Shown piece by piece: positions 24,381 through 34,903 of a stretch of DNA of 64,000 nt (the first letter of the stretch is position 1; each line of letters begins with the position of its first letter). A program made the translations under genes and the position numbers. The stretch covers positions 108,234 to 172,233 of the forward strand of contig JBBFKW010000010.1 of NCBI GenBank assembly GCA_037481835.1. The letters run 5' to 3'. The DNA is from Desulfosoma sp. GTDB lineage: Bacteria > Desulfobacterota > Syntrophobacteria > Syntrophobacterales > DSM-9756. The notes under the pieces are model-generated. The model was not told where the DNA came from, ran no database searches, and saw nothing but the letters and a program-made list of their open reading frames with translations.

Positions 24381-25256
24381 ATGTTTCAAGGCGCCTTTGT
24401 GGCCATTGTCACGCCGTTTCAGAACGGGCGGATCGATGAACCGGCTCTGCGGGATCTCATCGAGTTCCAGATCGAAAACGGCACCCACGGCATCGTGCCG
24501 TGCGGCACTACCGGGGAGTCGGCGACCCTCAGCCATGAAGAACATGAAAGGGTCGTGGAAATTACCGTGGATCAGGTGAAAAAACGCGTCCCGGTCATCG
24601 CCGGCACGGGATCCAACAACACCACGGAAGCCATCCGGCTGACCAAGCACGCCAAGGAATGCGGCGCCGACGCCGCCCTCATGATCGCCCCGTACTACAA
24701 CAAGCCGACCCAAGAAGGCCTCTACCAGCACTTCAAGCAGGTGGCGGAAACGGTGGATCTGCCCATCATTGTCTACAACATTCCGGGACGCACGGCGGTC
24801 AACATGGAACCGGAAACCATCGCCAGACTCGCCAAGATACCCAACATCGTGGGCGTCAAGGAAGCCACGGGGTCCATGAAGCAGATCACGGATATTGTGC
24901 GACTCTGCGGAGACGGCTTCAGCGTCCTTTCCGGAGAAGACTACATCACGTTCCCCCTCATGTGCGTGGGCGGCAAAGGCGTCATTTCCGTGGTGTCCAA
25001 CATCGCGCCGCGGGATATGGCCGACCTGTGCACCCATTTCCTGGAAGGCCGATTCCAGGACGCCTATGCCCTCTATTACAAGCTTTTGCCGCTGTGCCAC
25101 GCCATGTTCGTGGAAACCAACCCGGCTCCAGTGAAAGCCGCACTGAAAATGATGGGAAAAATCGGAAGCGACGAAGTGCGGCTGCCTCTGGTGGGTTTGA
25201 GTGAGGTGAGCAAGGCGAAGGTGGCCCAAGCCCTGAAAGACTACGGCCTTATTTAA
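24381..25256 (+). CDS. dapA: 4-hydroxy-tetrahydrodipicolinate synthase
   Basis: GTTGES, PYYNKP, YNIPGRT, VKEA, ETNP. Confidence 0.96.
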   Translation: MFQGAFVAIVTPFQNGRIDEPALRDLIEFQIENGTHGIVPCGTTGESATLSHEEHERVVEITVDQVKKRVPVIAGTGSNNTTEAIRLTKHAKECGADAALMIAPYYNKPTQEGLYQHFKQVAETVDLPIIVYNIPGRTAVNMEPETIARLAKIPNIVGVKEATGSMKQITDIVRLCGDGFSVLSGEDYITFPLMCVGGKGVISVVSNIAPRDMADLCTHFLEGRFQDAYALYYKLLPLCHAMFVETNPAPVKAALKMMGKIGSDEVRLPLVGLSEVSKAKVAQALKDYGLI

Positions 25257-25278
25257 GGCACCCACGGGAGGCGCTGCG

Positions 25279-26085
25279 ATGGTCAAGGCAGCTGTAGCGG
25301 GGATCGGAGGCCGCATGGGATCGCGCATTGCGCAGATCCTTTTTGAAACGGAGGGCATCGAACTCATCGGTGGGGTCGAGCGGCCGGGGCATGCGGCCGT
25401 CGGCCGGGATATCGGATCTTTGGCGGGCCTGCAGCCCTGCGGTATTGTGGTGGATGACGCCGTGGAAGCCGTCCTGGCGCGATGCCATGTGCTCATCGAT
25501 TTCACGGCGCCGGAAGCCTCCCTTAAACACATGGAAAAGGCAGCGGCCTCAGGGACGGCCATGGTCGTCGGCACCACGGGGTTCACGTCGGCCCACATGG
25601 AAAAAATCCGGGAGCTCACCCAAAAGATGCCGTGCGTGTTGGCGCCCAACATGAGTGTCGGGGTCAACGTCTTGTTTAAGGTGATCCGCGACCTCACCCG
25701 GCTTCTGGGCCCGGGCTACGACGTGGAAATCGTGGAAGCCCACCATCGGTTCAAGAAGGACGCCCCCAGCGGCACGGCCCTGAGGCTCGCCGAGGCGGTG
25801 GCGGAAGCTCGAGGCCGTTCTTTGCAAGAGGTGGGCCTTTATGAACGACACGGCGTCATCGGCGAAAGGCCCCAAGAGGCCATCGGGCTTCAAACGGTTC
25901 GAGGGGGCGATGTGGTGGGCGAACACACGGTCTTTTTCCTGGGCATGGGGGAACGCATCGAAGTGACCCATCGGGCCCACAGTCGGGATAATTTCGCTCG
26001 GGGTGCCGTGGCGGCAGCCAAATGGGTCATCGGAAAGCCGGCCGGGCTCTACAGCATGCAGGATGTTTTGGGCATTGCAGGATGA
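25279..26085 (+). CDS. dapB: 4-hydroxy-tetrahydrodipicolinate reductase
   Basis: [27 protein letters not shown]. Confidence 0.96.
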   Translation: MVKAAVAGIGGRMGSRIAQILFETEGIELIGGVERPGHAAVGRDIGSLAGLQPCGIVVDDAVEAVLARCHVLIDFTAPEASLKHMEKAAASGTAMVVGTTGFTSAHMEKIRELTQKMPCVLAPNMSVGVNVLFKVIRDLTRLLGPGYDVEIVEAHHRFKKDAPSGTALRLAEAVAEARGRSLQEVGLYERHGVIGERPQEAIGLQTVRGGDVVGEHTVFFLGMGERIEVTHRAHSRDNFARGAVAAAKWVIGKPAGLYSMQDVLGIAG

Positions 26086-26101
26086 CGAAGCGGAGGCGCG
26101 C

Positions 26102-27268
26102 ATGAAGGTGGATTTTGCGGATCGAGTGAAGAATCTTCCCCCTTACCTTTTCAAAGAGATCGACCGGCTCAAGGCGGAACTATTGGCCAAAGGCGTGGAC
26201 GTCATCAATCTGGGCGTGGGCGACCCCGACCTTCCGACCCCGCCGCACATCATCGAGCGGTTGAAGACCGCCGCGGAAGACCCGGCGAACCACCAATACC
26301 CCTTATATTCCGGCATGAACGATTTTCGCGATGCAGTGGCCCGCTGGTACAAGCGCCGTTTCGACGTGGACTTGGACCCGGCCACCCAAGTGCTCACCCT
26401 CATCGGCTCCAAAGAAGGCATCGCCCATCTGCCTTTGGCGTTCATCAATCCGGGGGACACGGCCCTGGTGCCCAGCCCGGCCTACCCCGTCTATCAGGTG
26501 GCCGTAATGTTTGCAGGCGGCACTTCCCATATCATGCCCCTTCGCAAGGAAAACGCCTTTCTTCCCGATTTGGACGCCATCCCTCAAGAGACGGCTCGAC
26601 GGGCCAAGCTGCTCTTCATCAACTACCCCAACAACCCGACGGGAGCCGTGGCCGATGCGTCGTTCTTCGAAAAAGTGGTGGCTTTTGCCAAGCGCAACGA
26701 CCTCATCGTGTGCCACGACGCCGCGTATTCGGAAATGGCCTTCGACGGGTATCGGCCCATGAGCTTCCTCCAGGTGCCGGGGGCCATGGACGTGGGGATC
26801 GAGTTTCATTCCCTGTCCAAGACCTACAACATGACCGGCTGGCGCATCGGGTTCGCCGTGGGAAACGCCCACGTCATCGCAGGGCTTGCCCAGATCAAAA
26901 GCAACGTGGACTCGGGCGTCTTCAACGCCGTGCAATTAGCCGGCATGGAAGCCTTGGACGGCGATCAGCAGTGTGTGCGAGAGATGCAAGCCGTGTATCA
27001 AGAAAGGCGCGACATCTTGATCGAAGGGCTTCGCCGTGCGGGGCTTAACCCCGAACCGCCCAAGGCGACCTTCTATGTGTGGTGCCCCACGCCGCCCGGG
27101 GTGTCGTCGGCCGAATTCACCGCCAGGCTCCTGAAGGAAGCCGGCATCGTGACGACGCCGGGAAGCGGCTTCGGGGAGCCCGGCGAAGGCTACGTGCGCA
27201 TGGCCCTCACCGTGGACAAGGAACGGATCCGTGAAGCCGTGGACAGGATCCTGGCGCTCCGATTCTAG
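26102..27268 (+). CDS. dapL: LL-diaminopimelate aminotransferase
   Basis: Class I aminotransferase ([27 protein letters not shown]) inside the dap operon. Confidence 0.85.
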   Translation: MKVDFADRVKNLPPYLFKEIDRLKAELLAKGVDVINLGVGDPDLPTPPHIIERLKTAAEDPANHQYPLYSGMNDFRDAVARWYKRRFDVDLDPATQVLTLIGSKEGIAHLPLAFINPGDTALVPSPAYPVYQVAVMFAGGTSHIMPLRKENAFLPDLDAIPQETARRAKLLFINYPNNPTGAVADASFFEKVVAFAKRNDLIVCHDAAYSEMAFDGYRPMSFLQVPGAMDVGIEFHSLSKTYNMTGWRIGFAVGNAHVIAGLAQIKSNVDSGVFNAVQLAGMEALDGDQQCVREMQAVYQERRDILIEGLRRAGLNPEPPKATFYVWCPTPPGVSSAEFTARLLKEAGIVTTPGSGFGEPGEGYVRMALTVDKERIREAVDRILALRF

Positions 27269-27344
27269 GAGCCCGTCCGATAATCCCGTTCGAAGCGATG
27301 CGTGCCCTGCAGCGTGTGCGGGGCGGGCGCCCTGGGTCTTTCCC

Positions 27345-27830
27345 GTGCTCATCGGGTTCGGCGCCAACCAAGGAGACAGTGAAGCGATCTGCCGAGATGC
27401 CGTGGATCGGCTTTCCCGGTGGGACGGGTTTCGGATCGTGGCGGTTTCGTCTCTCTATCGCACGGAACCCATCGGCTTTACGGATCAGCAATGGTTCGTC
27501 AACGGTGTGGTCTTGGGAGAGACGACTTTGACCCCGCAGGATCTCCTGGCCGCGCTTTTGGATGTGGAACGCCTTTTCGGCCGGGTGCGCACCGTGCGAT
27601 GGGGCCCCCGGACGTTGGACCTGGACGTGATCTTTTACGGGGATCGGGTGGTGGATCTAGACCATCTGCGCATCCCCCACCCTCGAGCCCATGAACGCCG
27701 CTTCGTCCTCGAGCCGGCGGCGGAAGTGTGCCCGGATTTCGTCCATCCCGTTCTGGGCCTTTCGGTGCGGGAATTGCTCCGCCGCCCCGCCGTCCAGTCC
27801 CAAGACGTGCGCCGGTGGAAAGCCCTATGA
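27345..27830 (+). CDS. folK: 2-amino-4-hydroxy-6-hydroxymethyldihydropteridine diphosphokinase (start uncertain)
   Basis: IGFGANQG, SSLYRTEP, RWGPRTLDLD, PHPRAHERRFVL. Confidence 0.92.
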   Translation: MLIGFGANQGDSEAICRDAVDRLSRWDGFRIVAVSSLYRTEPIGFTDQQWFVNGVVLGETTLTPQDLLAALLDVERLFGRVRTVRWGPRTLDLDVIFYGDRVVDLDHLRIPHPRAHERRFVLEPAAEVCPDFVHPVLGLSVRELLRRPAVQSQDVRRWKAL

Positions 27831-28090
27831 TCCGACTGCTCCTTTTGGCCCTTATCGTCTACGCCGTTTACCGATACCTGAAACCCCGATTGGGCCCCAT
27901 GCAGGGAAAACGAGGGGAAGGCGAGGAACCGGAAGAAGCGGAACTCATCAAAGACCCTCAATGCGGCGCCTATTTTCTCAGGCACAAAGGGGTTTCGGCC
28001 CGCATCCATGGGGAAAAGCTCTACTTTTGCAGCCCGCAGTGCCGCGACGCCTACGCGGCCCGTCAGAGAAAGGAGCCTAAGGAAGAATGA
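27827..28090 (+). CDS. Small membrane-anchored protein with TRASH/YHS-like metal-binding motif
   Basis: N-terminal TM helix; DPQCG...YFCSPQC. Confidence 0.75.
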   Translation: MIRLLLLALIVYAVYRYLKPRLGPMQGKRGEGEEPEEAELIKDPQCGAYFLRHKGVSARIHGEKLYFCSPQCRDAYAARQRKEPKEE

Positions 28091-28746
28091 AATTTTTCAT
28101 CGATACGGCGAACCTGGATGAAATCCAAAAGGCCCACGCGCTTGGAATTCTCGACGGCGTGACGACCAATCCGTCGCTCATCGCCAAGGAAGGAATTTCG
28201 GACCGTGAGGGCTTCCTGGCGCACATCAAAAAGATTTGCGATATCGTGCAGGCTCCGGTGAGCGCCGAAGCCGTCAGCACCACCGCCGAGGCCATGATCG
28301 CCGAAGCCCGGGAACTGGCGGCCGTCGACGGCCACGTGGTCGTCAAAATCCCCATGACGGAAGAAGGCCTCAAGGCCGTCAAGGTTTGTGCCGATGAAGG
28401 GATTAAGACCAACGTGACGTTGGTCTTTTCGCCCCTGCAGGCCCTGCTGGCCGCCAAAGCGGGGGCGACGTACGTGAGCCCTTTCGTGGGGCGGCTTGAC
28501 GACATCGCCGCCTCGGGCATGCAGGTGGTGTCCCAAATCGTGGACATTTTCTCCAATTATCTCTTTGACACGGAAATCATCGTGGCGAGTATCCGCAACC
28601 CCATCCATGTGCTGGAAGCCGCCCGCATGGGGGCCGATATCGCCACGATCCCCTATGCCGTCATCGCACAGCTCGTGCGGCATCCCCTGACGGACGTGGG
28701 GCTGGAAAAGTTCTTGAAAGATTGGCAAAAGGTGGACAAAAGCTAA
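28087..28746 (+). CDS. Transaldolase / fructose-6-phosphate aldolase family
   Basis: [32 protein letters not shown]-like VASIR. Confidence 0.93.
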   Translation: MKFFIDTANLDEIQKAHALGILDGVTTNPSLIAKEGISDREGFLAHIKKICDIVQAPVSAEAVSTTAEAMIAEARELAAVDGHVVVKIPMTEEGLKAVKVCADEGIKTNVTLVFSPLQALLAAKAGATYVSPFVGRLDDIAASGMQVVSQIVDIFSNYLFDTEIIVASIRNPIHVLEAARMGADIATIPYAVIAQLVRHPLTDVGLEKFLKDWQKVDKS

Positions 28747-28778
28747 AGAGGTTCGGCTCGACGATGAGGAGGACGAAG

Positions 28779-29396
28779 ATGGGTGATGGACTCTCGGCGC
28801 ATTTTCGCCTCTCCCCTGGCTTCTTGACCGCGATTCTTTTCGTCGCTTCGATGGGTATCCCGGCGGGCGCTTTCTGTGCCGGAGCCATCTACAAGTACGT
28901 GGACGAAAAGGGCGTCGTCCATTTCACCAACGTGCCGACGAGCCCTCGATTTCAAAAGGTGGCCTTGGCGCCGCTTCCCACGATCACGGTGCCGCTGCGC
29001 ACCTTTGAAGGATCTTACGACGCCCATATCTACAAGGCCGCGGAAATTCACGGTATCGATCATCGGTTGATTCGAGCCGTCATCAAGGCGGAATCCAACT
29101 ATAACCCGCGGGCGGTCTCCCCGAAGGGAGCCATGGGACTCATGCAGCTCATGCCGCAAACCGCCCGGGACATGGGCGTCACGAACCCCTTCGATCCCAT
29201 GGAAAACATCTTCGGCGGCACCCGATACCTCAAGGAGATGCTTCGCCGCTTCGACAACAGCTTGCTCCTGGCCCTGGCCGCCTACAACGCCGGCCCTCAA
29301 ACGGTCGAAGCTTACGGCGGCATTCCGCCTATCCCGGAAACCAATCAATACCTGCGGACGGTGCTGCGCAATTACATGCAGTACAAGAGAAAATGA
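28779..29396 (+). CDS. Lytic transglycosylase (DUF4124-like N-terminus plus SLT domain)
   Basis: IYKYVDEKGVVHFTN; AES, GAMGLMQL, ALAAYNAG. Confidence 0.9.
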   Translation: MGDGLSAHFRLSPGFLTAILFVASMGIPAGAFCAGAIYKYVDEKGVVHFTNVPTSPRFQKVALAPLPTITVPLRTFEGSYDAHIYKAAEIHGIDHRLIRAVIKAESNYNPRAVSPKGAMGLMQLMPQTARDMGVTNPFDPMENIFGGTRYLKEMLRRFDNSLLLALAAYNAGPQTVEAYGGIPPIPETNQYLRTVLRNYMQYKRK

Positions 29397-30016
29397 CCCG
29401 AGACGATTTTTCCCGAAAAAACCTCACGGCCTTGCCCAACCTGCTGACCTACTTGAGGGTTCTGGCCATCCCCGTCATCGTCGTGATCCTCAATCCGCCC
29501 ACCTCGGGGAGCATGCGGAATGCGGCCTTTGCCCTGTATGTCTTGGCGTCCTTGACGGATTACTTGGACGGGATTCTGGCGCGACGACACAACCTGGTGA
29601 CCTCCGTCGGGAAGCTCCTGGACCCCCTGGCGGATAAACTCCTCACCTGTGCCGTCCTCATCATGCTCATCGAATTGGGGAAAGTCCACGGCTGGGTGGT
29701 TTTTCTCATCATCGGCCGGGAATTCATCATCACGGGGCTGCGCTCCATCGCCGCCAGCCAAGGGCTCATCTTGGACGCGAGCCGCATGGGCAAAAACAAG
29801 ATGGTCTCCCAGACCGTGGCCATCCTATGTCTTCTCCTGCACGTGGAAAGGCTTCAACGCCCCCTGTTTCTCACCGGAACCGCGTTCTTGTGGATCTCCA
29901 TCGCCTTCGGGTATTGGTCGGCCGGGGCTTACTTTGTGGATTTCTACTACAAGGCCAAAGCACTTCACGCCCCGAAGCCTCCAAGGGCTCCCGCACCCGC
30001 CCAAACAGATTCTTGA
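29393..30016 (+). CDS. pgsA: CDP-diacylglycerol--glycerol-3-phosphate 3-phosphatidyltransferase
   Basis: PNLLT..R; TDYLDGILAR...GKLLDPLADK. Confidence 0.93.
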   Translation: MTRDDFSRKNLTALPNLLTYLRVLAIPVIVVILNPPTSGSMRNAAFALYVLASLTDYLDGILARRHNLVTSVGKLLDPLADKLLTCAVLIMLIELGKVHGWVVFLIIGREFIITGLRSIAASQGLILDASRMGKNKMVSQTVAILCLLLHVERLQRPLFLTGTAFLWISIAFGYWSAGAYFVDFYYKAKALHAPKPPRAPAPAQTDS

Positions 30017-30041
30017 CAGATCCACCCGTTTCCGTTAAGCA
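30013..30041 (+). promoter_or_regulatory. Candidate sigma70 promoter of tRNA-Cys
   Basis: Perfect TTGACA at 30013-30018, 17-nt spacer, weak -10 (TAAGCA). Confidence 0.4.
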
Positions 30042-30055
30042 GAAAGCACGCGGTC

Positions 30056-30130
30056 GGCGGCATACCCAAGTGGTAAGGGAGCGGTCTGCAAAACCGTTAT
30101 TCACCGGTTCGAATCCGGTTGCCGCCTCCA
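30056..30130 (+). tRNA. tRNA-Cys (GCA)
   Basis: Acceptor stem GGCGGCA/TGCCGCC, anticodon arm GCGGT-CTGCAAA-ACCGT, GGTTCGAATCC T-loop, encoded CCA. Confidence 0.97.
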
Positions 30131-30140
30131 GGGCGAACGA

Positions 30141-30179
30141 GGGATCCGGCCCGCAAAGGGGTCGGGTCCCTTTTTGTTT
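30141..30179 (+). terminator. Rho-independent terminator after tRNA-Cys
   Basis: GGGATCCGGCCC...GGGTCGGGTCCC stem followed by TTTTTGTTT. Confidence 0.8.
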
Positions 30180-30309
30180 GGCGTTTCAGCTTTGCTTTCG
30201 GTGCGGGGGTTCTTTCGCTCCAGCCCCGGATTTGGTAAAAGGACGGAAGGCTTCGTGAGCTTTCGGCAGAGGCCCCCATGGGTCAGGTTTCAAACCCCAG
30301 GAGGACATC

Positions 30310-30963
30310 ATGGACCGACCGGTGGAACACTATTGGGATCTCAGATTGAAACGGGTTCAGGAGAAGTTGGAAAAGAACAACTTCAGCGTGACCCTCGCCC
30401 GCGATCGGGAAGACGCCAAGAACATCGTGCTCGAAAAAATCCTGCCCACACTCCAGGTGAAATCCGTCTCCTGGGGAGGGTCCATGACCTTTACGGCCAC
30501 AGGCCTCTATGACGTCCTCAAGGACCGGGACGATCTGGAAGTCCTGGACACCTACGAAAAGGGCCTGGCCTTTGAAGACATGCTGGAACGGCGGCGTCGG
30601 TCCCTGCTGGTGGATCTCTTTTTCACCGGCACCAACGCCGTGACGGAAGACGGCCAGTTGGTGAACCTGGACATGTACGGCAACCGCGTCGCCGCCATCA
30701 CCTTCGGGCCTCGGCACGTGGTCGTGCTCGTCGGCCGAAACAAGGTGGTTCCCGACCTGGAATCGGCCATGATGCGCATCAAGGAATACGCGGCGCCGGC
30801 CAACGCCATGCGCCTGGACAAGAAGACCCCCTGTTACCACACCGGGGCGTGCGAGGAATGCTCCAGCCCGGAACGCATCTGCAACCATTGGACGATCACG
30901 GAAAAGAGCTTCCCCAAGGGGCGCATCCACGTGGTGCTCATCAACGAAGACCTGGGGCTCTGA
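30310..30963 (+). CDS. LUD-domain (lactate utilization/YkgG-like) protein
   Basis: GGSMT, FTGTNAVTEDGQLVNLD..GNRVAA, PCYHTGACEECSSPERIC. Confidence 0.85.
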   Translation: MDRPVEHYWDLRLKRVQEKLEKNNFSVTLARDREDAKNIVLEKILPTLQVKSVSWGGSMTFTATGLYDVLKDRDDLEVLDTYEKGLAFEDMLERRRRSLLVDLFFTGTNAVTEDGQLVNLDMYGNRVAAITFGPRHVVVLVGRNKVVPDLESAMMRIKEYAAPANAMRLDKKTPCYHTGACEECSSPERICNHWTITEKSFPKGRIHVVLINEDLGL

Positions 30964-31020
30964 GGCGGTACAAGCCTCGCGCGCACGTTCCTGCATCATG
31001 GATTCTGAGGAGCCGGGACC

Positions 31021-31935
31021 ATGAAAACACACAATTTCGATGTGGCCGTCATTGGCACGGGGCCTGCCGGGCTCCAGGCCGCCATCCACGCGGCGCGAAA
31101 AAAGGTTTCCGTGGCGGTGGTGGGGAAGGTCCCCAAGAGCAGCGCCTACCGGGCGCATGTGGAAAACTTCTGCTGCATCCCTTACGCGTCGGGTGAAGAT
31201 CTTTTGGCCCAAGGCCGTCGGCAGGCGGAAAAATTCGGCGCCGTCTTCTTCGACGAAGATGTGGTCTCCGTGGAGCGCGAGGACGGCCGGTTCCATCTCA
31301 ACTTGGAAGGGGGCGATGGCATCCAGGCCAAGGCCCTTGTTTTGGCCATGGGCATTTCCCGAAAGAAATTGGGCGTACCCGGTGAAAAAGAGTTCCTCGG
31401 CAAGGGCGTGAGCTATTGCGTGGAATGCGACGCCGGTTTCTTCAAGGGCGTGCCCGTGGCCGTGGTGGGCTGCGAAAGCGCGGCCGTCTCGGGAGCGCTC
31501 ACCTTGCTTTTCTACGCCGACCGGGTGCACCTCATCTGCGAAAAACTCCAGGTGTCGGAAAACCTTGCAGAGAAGCTCCGGGAGAGCGCCATTGAACTGC
31601 ACGAAGGGCGCCGCGTCGTGCAAATCGCCGGAACCCAGGCGGTGGAAGCCGTCGTTTTGGACGACGGCACCCGGATCGCCGTCCAAGGGGTGTTCATCGA
31701 GCGGGGCGCCAAGGGCGCCTTGGAAATCGCCGGTGCCCTGGGGGTGGATCTGGATCCCGAATCCTTCCAGTACGTGATCACCAACAAGAAACAAGAAACC
31801 AACGTTCCCGGCGTCTATGCTGCTGGAGACATCTGCGGCCCGCCGTGGCAGATTGCCAAGGCGGTGGGAGAAGGCTGCGTGGCGGGGCTGGAAGCGGCCG
31901 AGTACGTGCGAAAACTCAGGGACGGGGCGTCTTGA
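31021..31935 (+). CDS. Thioredoxin reductase-like FAD-dependent oxidoreductase
   Basis: IGTGPAG, GVSYCVECD, GVYAAGD, AVGEG. Confidence 0.88.
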   Translation: MKTHNFDVAVIGTGPAGLQAAIHAARKKVSVAVVGKVPKSSAYRAHVENFCCIPYASGEDLLAQGRRQAEKFGAVFFDEDVVSVEREDGRFHLNLEGGDGIQAKALVLAMGISRKKLGVPGEKEFLGKGVSYCVECDAGFFKGVPVAVVGCESAAVSGALTLLFYADRVHLICEKLQVSENLAEKLRESAIELHEGRRVVQIAGTQAVEAVVLDDGTRIAVQGVFIERGAKGALEIAGALGVDLDPESFQYVITNKKQETNVPGVYAAGDICGPPWQIAKAVGEGCVAGLEAAEYVRKLRDGAS

Positions 31936-31992
31936 CCTCGACGCGGGCTCCCACGTCTGTGTTCGCCGAGGAGCTTGTCCGAGAATGGTATA

Positions 31993-32055
31993 CTCCTGGG
32001 AGCGCGGGCGTCTCACCCGCTTCTCGTGCGGGCCGGAGGCCCGCGCTCCCAGGAG
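31993..32055. repeat. REP-like doublet (inverted pair of palindromes)
   Basis: 17-bp inverted repeat CTCCTGGGAGCGCGGGC ... GCCCGCGCTCCCAGGAG, with an internal hairpin in each half; between convergent genes. Confidence 0.75.
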
Positions 32056-32174
32056 AAGAGGCCTTCGGGTTCGTTCTCAGACAGCCTCCTGGGTTCTCGT
32101 GCGGAAGCCGGCGGAGCGGCGCTCGCCCTTGTAAGGCGCGCCGCTTCGAAAACCGCCCCCCCGGCATTCGCCCG

Positions 32175-32642
32175 TCAATCCAGATTCTCCTGGGACGATG
32201 CCTCCACTTCTTCGGCCCTTCCTTCCACCCGCAGGATATGGCGGCGAACCTCGTCGGGCAGGGGCGCCTTGGTGTTCTTTCGGTAATCGTAGGACACCAC
32301 CAGAGCGTCCCCTTCCGCGGCGATCCGTTTGTGGCGATGGCTGACGATTCGATATTCCATGCGGAAGCGGTCTTCCTGGACCGTGGGCACCCTGGCCCCC
32401 ACGGAGATCGTGTCCGGGTAGGTGAGCGGAAAGCGGTACCGGCACTGGGTGGAGGCAAGGATCGGTCCGATCCCGGTCTCCTCCATGATCTTCATGTAGT
32501 TCATCTTGAGGAAATAAGCGATCCGAGCCGTCTCGAAGTAGCGAAAAAAGACCACATTGTTCACGTGCTGGAACGCGTCCATCTCGCCCCACACCACGGG
32601 AAGTTCAATCACCACGGGAAAGCCTTCGAGCAGTTCGCGCAT
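32175..32642 (-). CDS. Acyl-CoA thioesterase (4HBT/YbgC-like)
   Basis: WGEMDAFQHVNNVVFFRYFETAR. Confidence 0.9.
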   Translation of the reverse strand: MRELLEGFPVVIELPVVWGEMDAFQHVNNVVFFRYFETARIAYFLKMNYMKIMEETGIGPILASTQCRYRFPLTYPDTISVGARVPTVQEDRFRMEYRIVSHRHKRIAAEGDALVVSYDYRKNTKAPLPDEVRRHILRVEGRAEEVEASSQENLD

Positions 32643-32779
32643 CGTCTTTTCCTCCCACGCTGCACATGGCATCCTGTTCTTGCACGTCACAAGGCATCAA
32701 ATCCATGAAACCGCATTTCCCGCCGGATCCAGCCGAACGGTGGATCGGGCCGGGTTCGGAGTCCGGAAAAAACTATCCC

Positions 32780-33247
32780 ATGCGCCTCCACCACTTTGAA
32801 ACCCGCATCCTGCTCCGCAGCAGCCTAAACAACGTCTTTCCCTTTTTCGCCGATGCGGTCAACCTGGAACGCATCACTCCGCCCGAACTTTCCTTTCGCA
32901 TCGTCACCCGCCTGCCCATCGCCATGGCCGAAGGCACGATCATTGACTACAAGCTCAGGCTTTTCGGCATTCCCTTTCGGTGGAAGACCCGGATCCAGGA
33001 ATGGGCGCCTCCCCGGCGGTTCGTGGATGAACAGATCCGAGGCCCCTACTGGGTGTGGGTGCACACCCATGAATTCCACGACCGCCCCGACGGGACGCTC
33101 ATGATCGACCGGGTCCGTTACGCCCTTCCCCTTTATCCGCTGGGCGAATGGGCTGCTCCGGTCATCCGCATGCTTATTTCATGGATCTTTCGATACAGAG
33201 CCCGCACCATCGCGCACTTGATCCCCGGCACGAATCCTTGGCGATGA
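32780..33247 (+). CDS. SRPBCC family protein
   Basis: VFPFFADAVNLERITPP, FVDEQIRGPY..WVHTH. Confidence 0.85.
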   Translation: MRLHHFETRILLRSSLNNVFPFFADAVNLERITPPELSFRIVTRLPIAMAEGTIIDYKLRLFGIPFRWKTRIQEWAPPRRFVDEQIRGPYWVWVHTHEFHDRPDGTLMIDRVRYALPLYPLGEWAAPVIRMLISWIFRYRARTIAHLIPGTNPWR

Positions 33248-33267
33248 GGAGCTTGCAATCTGGACAC

Positions 33268-34362
33268 TCATGCGGAACGGCCGGCGTTTACGGAACCCCG
33301 CAAGGCTTTGGCCAAGTCCTTCACCGTCCTGGGCGGGGAAGGAAAATCCGGCTTGTTCACCATGACCACGGCGCCTTCCGGGCAGCCCGTGGCGCACGCC
33401 CCGCATCCGAAGCATCGATCCCGATTGACCGCGGGGATATTTTCTTCTGTCATGCGCAGAGCTTCGGCCGGACATCGTCCCAGGCACGTTTCGCACCCCA
33501 CACAGCGGTCCGCATCGAAGGCGGGTTCGAACCCCGAATTGAACACGAGACCGGGTTTGGGCTGCTGTAAGACCTGGCGGACCACTTCGCAGTGCCAACG
33601 ATCGCAATGGCACATGAAGTCGATGTCCTCGGCCGTGTTCCGGCTCATGTGAATGAGGCCGGCGTGTTCGCACCGGTCCACGATCTCTCTGGCTTCCTCC
33701 TTGCCGATCCGTCGTCCTCCCAGCCGTTCGGTGATGTTTTCCGCCATTTCACCGAACCACATGCATACCTCGATGGGCATTCCATGGAGGTCCTCACCGC
33801 GGAGCTTGGCCGCCTGCCGGCAATAGCACGCCCCGACGCCAATGGCATCGTACTTGTCGATGTAGGTCATGACCTGATGGTACGTGTGAATCGTGTTTCC
33901 GGCCTTGATCGTTCGCAGCACGGGGATAACCCGTGTCACGGGATAGGGGATTTTTTCGACGCCCTTGGCCGCCACATAGGCCTTCTTGTAGGCCTGGATC
34001 AGTCGGGCGAGCTTCACCTCCCGTTCCGTTTCGCCGCCGCCGATGAACGTGAATTCAAAGATCCCCGGCATGAAAGGAAGCCCCCGATAAAGGACACCCT
34101 CGGGGCTCTTCGTGACGCCGCACAGGCCCTTGCCCGCCATGCGCTCGAGGATCCCCGAAACCTCTTCGATGGGACGGCCGCTCCGGACGGCAATCTCTTC
34201 AACCGGAGCGGGCTTTTTTGTGAGAACATTGTTGACGGCCGCTTCCTCGGGATCGAAAAGTTCTTGAACGAGTTCGAAAAATTCCGGAATGTCCAATCCG
34301 GCATAGGGGCCCCCTCGGCTCTTCATCACATCCAGCAGTTCTCGGTACACGATCTGAGTCAT
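33268..34362 (-). CDS. 4Fe-4S dicluster-domain protein with N-terminal HTH-like region
   Basis: CYCR, CHCDRWHC, CVGCETCLGRCP, CFGCGACATGCP. Confidence 0.85.
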   Translation of the reverse strand: MTQIVYRELLDVMKSRGGPYAGLDIPEFFELVQELFDPEEAAVNNVLTKKPAPVEEIAVRSGRPIEEVSGILERMAGKGLCGVTKSPEGVLYRGLPFMPGIFEFTFIGGGETEREVKLARLIQAYKKAYVAAKGVEKIPYPVTRVIPVLRTIKAGNTIHTYHQVMTYIDKYDAIGVGACYCRQAAKLRGEDLHGMPIEVCMWFGEMAENITERLGGRRIGKEEAREIVDRCEHAGLIHMSRNTAEDIDFMCHCDRWHCEVVRQVLQQPKPGLVFNSGFEPAFDADRCVGCETCLGRCPAEALRMTEENIPAVNRDRCFGCGACATGCPEGAVVMVNKPDFPSPPRTVKDLAKALRGSVNAGRSA

Positions 34363-34386
34363 CCGCTTTTCTCCTCTGCTCCAGGC

Positions 34387-34869
34387 TCAACGGCGTCCGT
34401 GCGGCCCTCCCTCCGCATCCTCCGAAGGAGCCGCCTTTGCGGCGATCCTTGCAAACTTTTCGAAGATACCCATGAGCACCTTTCGATAGGCGTCGATTTC
34501 TTGTTCCGAAAACCCTTCCTGGATTTCTGCATTCACCTTTCGGATGACCTCTTTGGCTTTTCCCACCTCCCGCAGCCCCTCCGGGGTGATGTGAATCCGG
34601 TACGCGCGCCGATCCATCGGGCACGGTGTGCGGACGATGCAGCCGAGATTTTCCAGCCGATCCACGAGGCCCGTCACCGCGGAATTATCCGTGGAAAGGG
34701 CCTCGCTCAGCTCCGTCATGGTCCTGCCGTCCTTGTGCTTGAACAGGAACAAGATTCCGGCCTGAGCGGCGCTGATGCGCACACCGGCCGCGGACAGCCT
34801 TTCCCTGAGATGGTTCCGGAGGACGTTGTGGGCCCTGGACAAGAGGAAGATCAGCCGATCGTCGGGCAC
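34387..34869 (-). CDS. MarR family transcriptional regulator
   Basis: ELSEAL...SAVTGLVDRLE, DRRAYRIHITPEG. Confidence 0.9.
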   Translation of the reverse strand: MPDDRLIFLLSRAHNVLRNHLRERLSAAGVRISAAQAGILFLFKHKDGRTMTELSEALSTDNSAVTGLVDRLENLGCIVRTPCPMDRRAYRIHITPEGLREVGKAKEVIRKVNAEIQEGFSEQEIDAYRKVLMGIFEKFARIAAKAAPSEDAEGGPHGRR

Positions 34870-34903
34870 GGCCCGATCCTTTCCTTTTCCGCCGAAGCGT
34901 CCC

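Noticed and set aside
30056..30130. tRNA-Cys as the insertion site of the downstream accessory region
   Set aside because: No adjacent integrase and no duplicated tRNA 3' end seen in the window; a terminator follows directly
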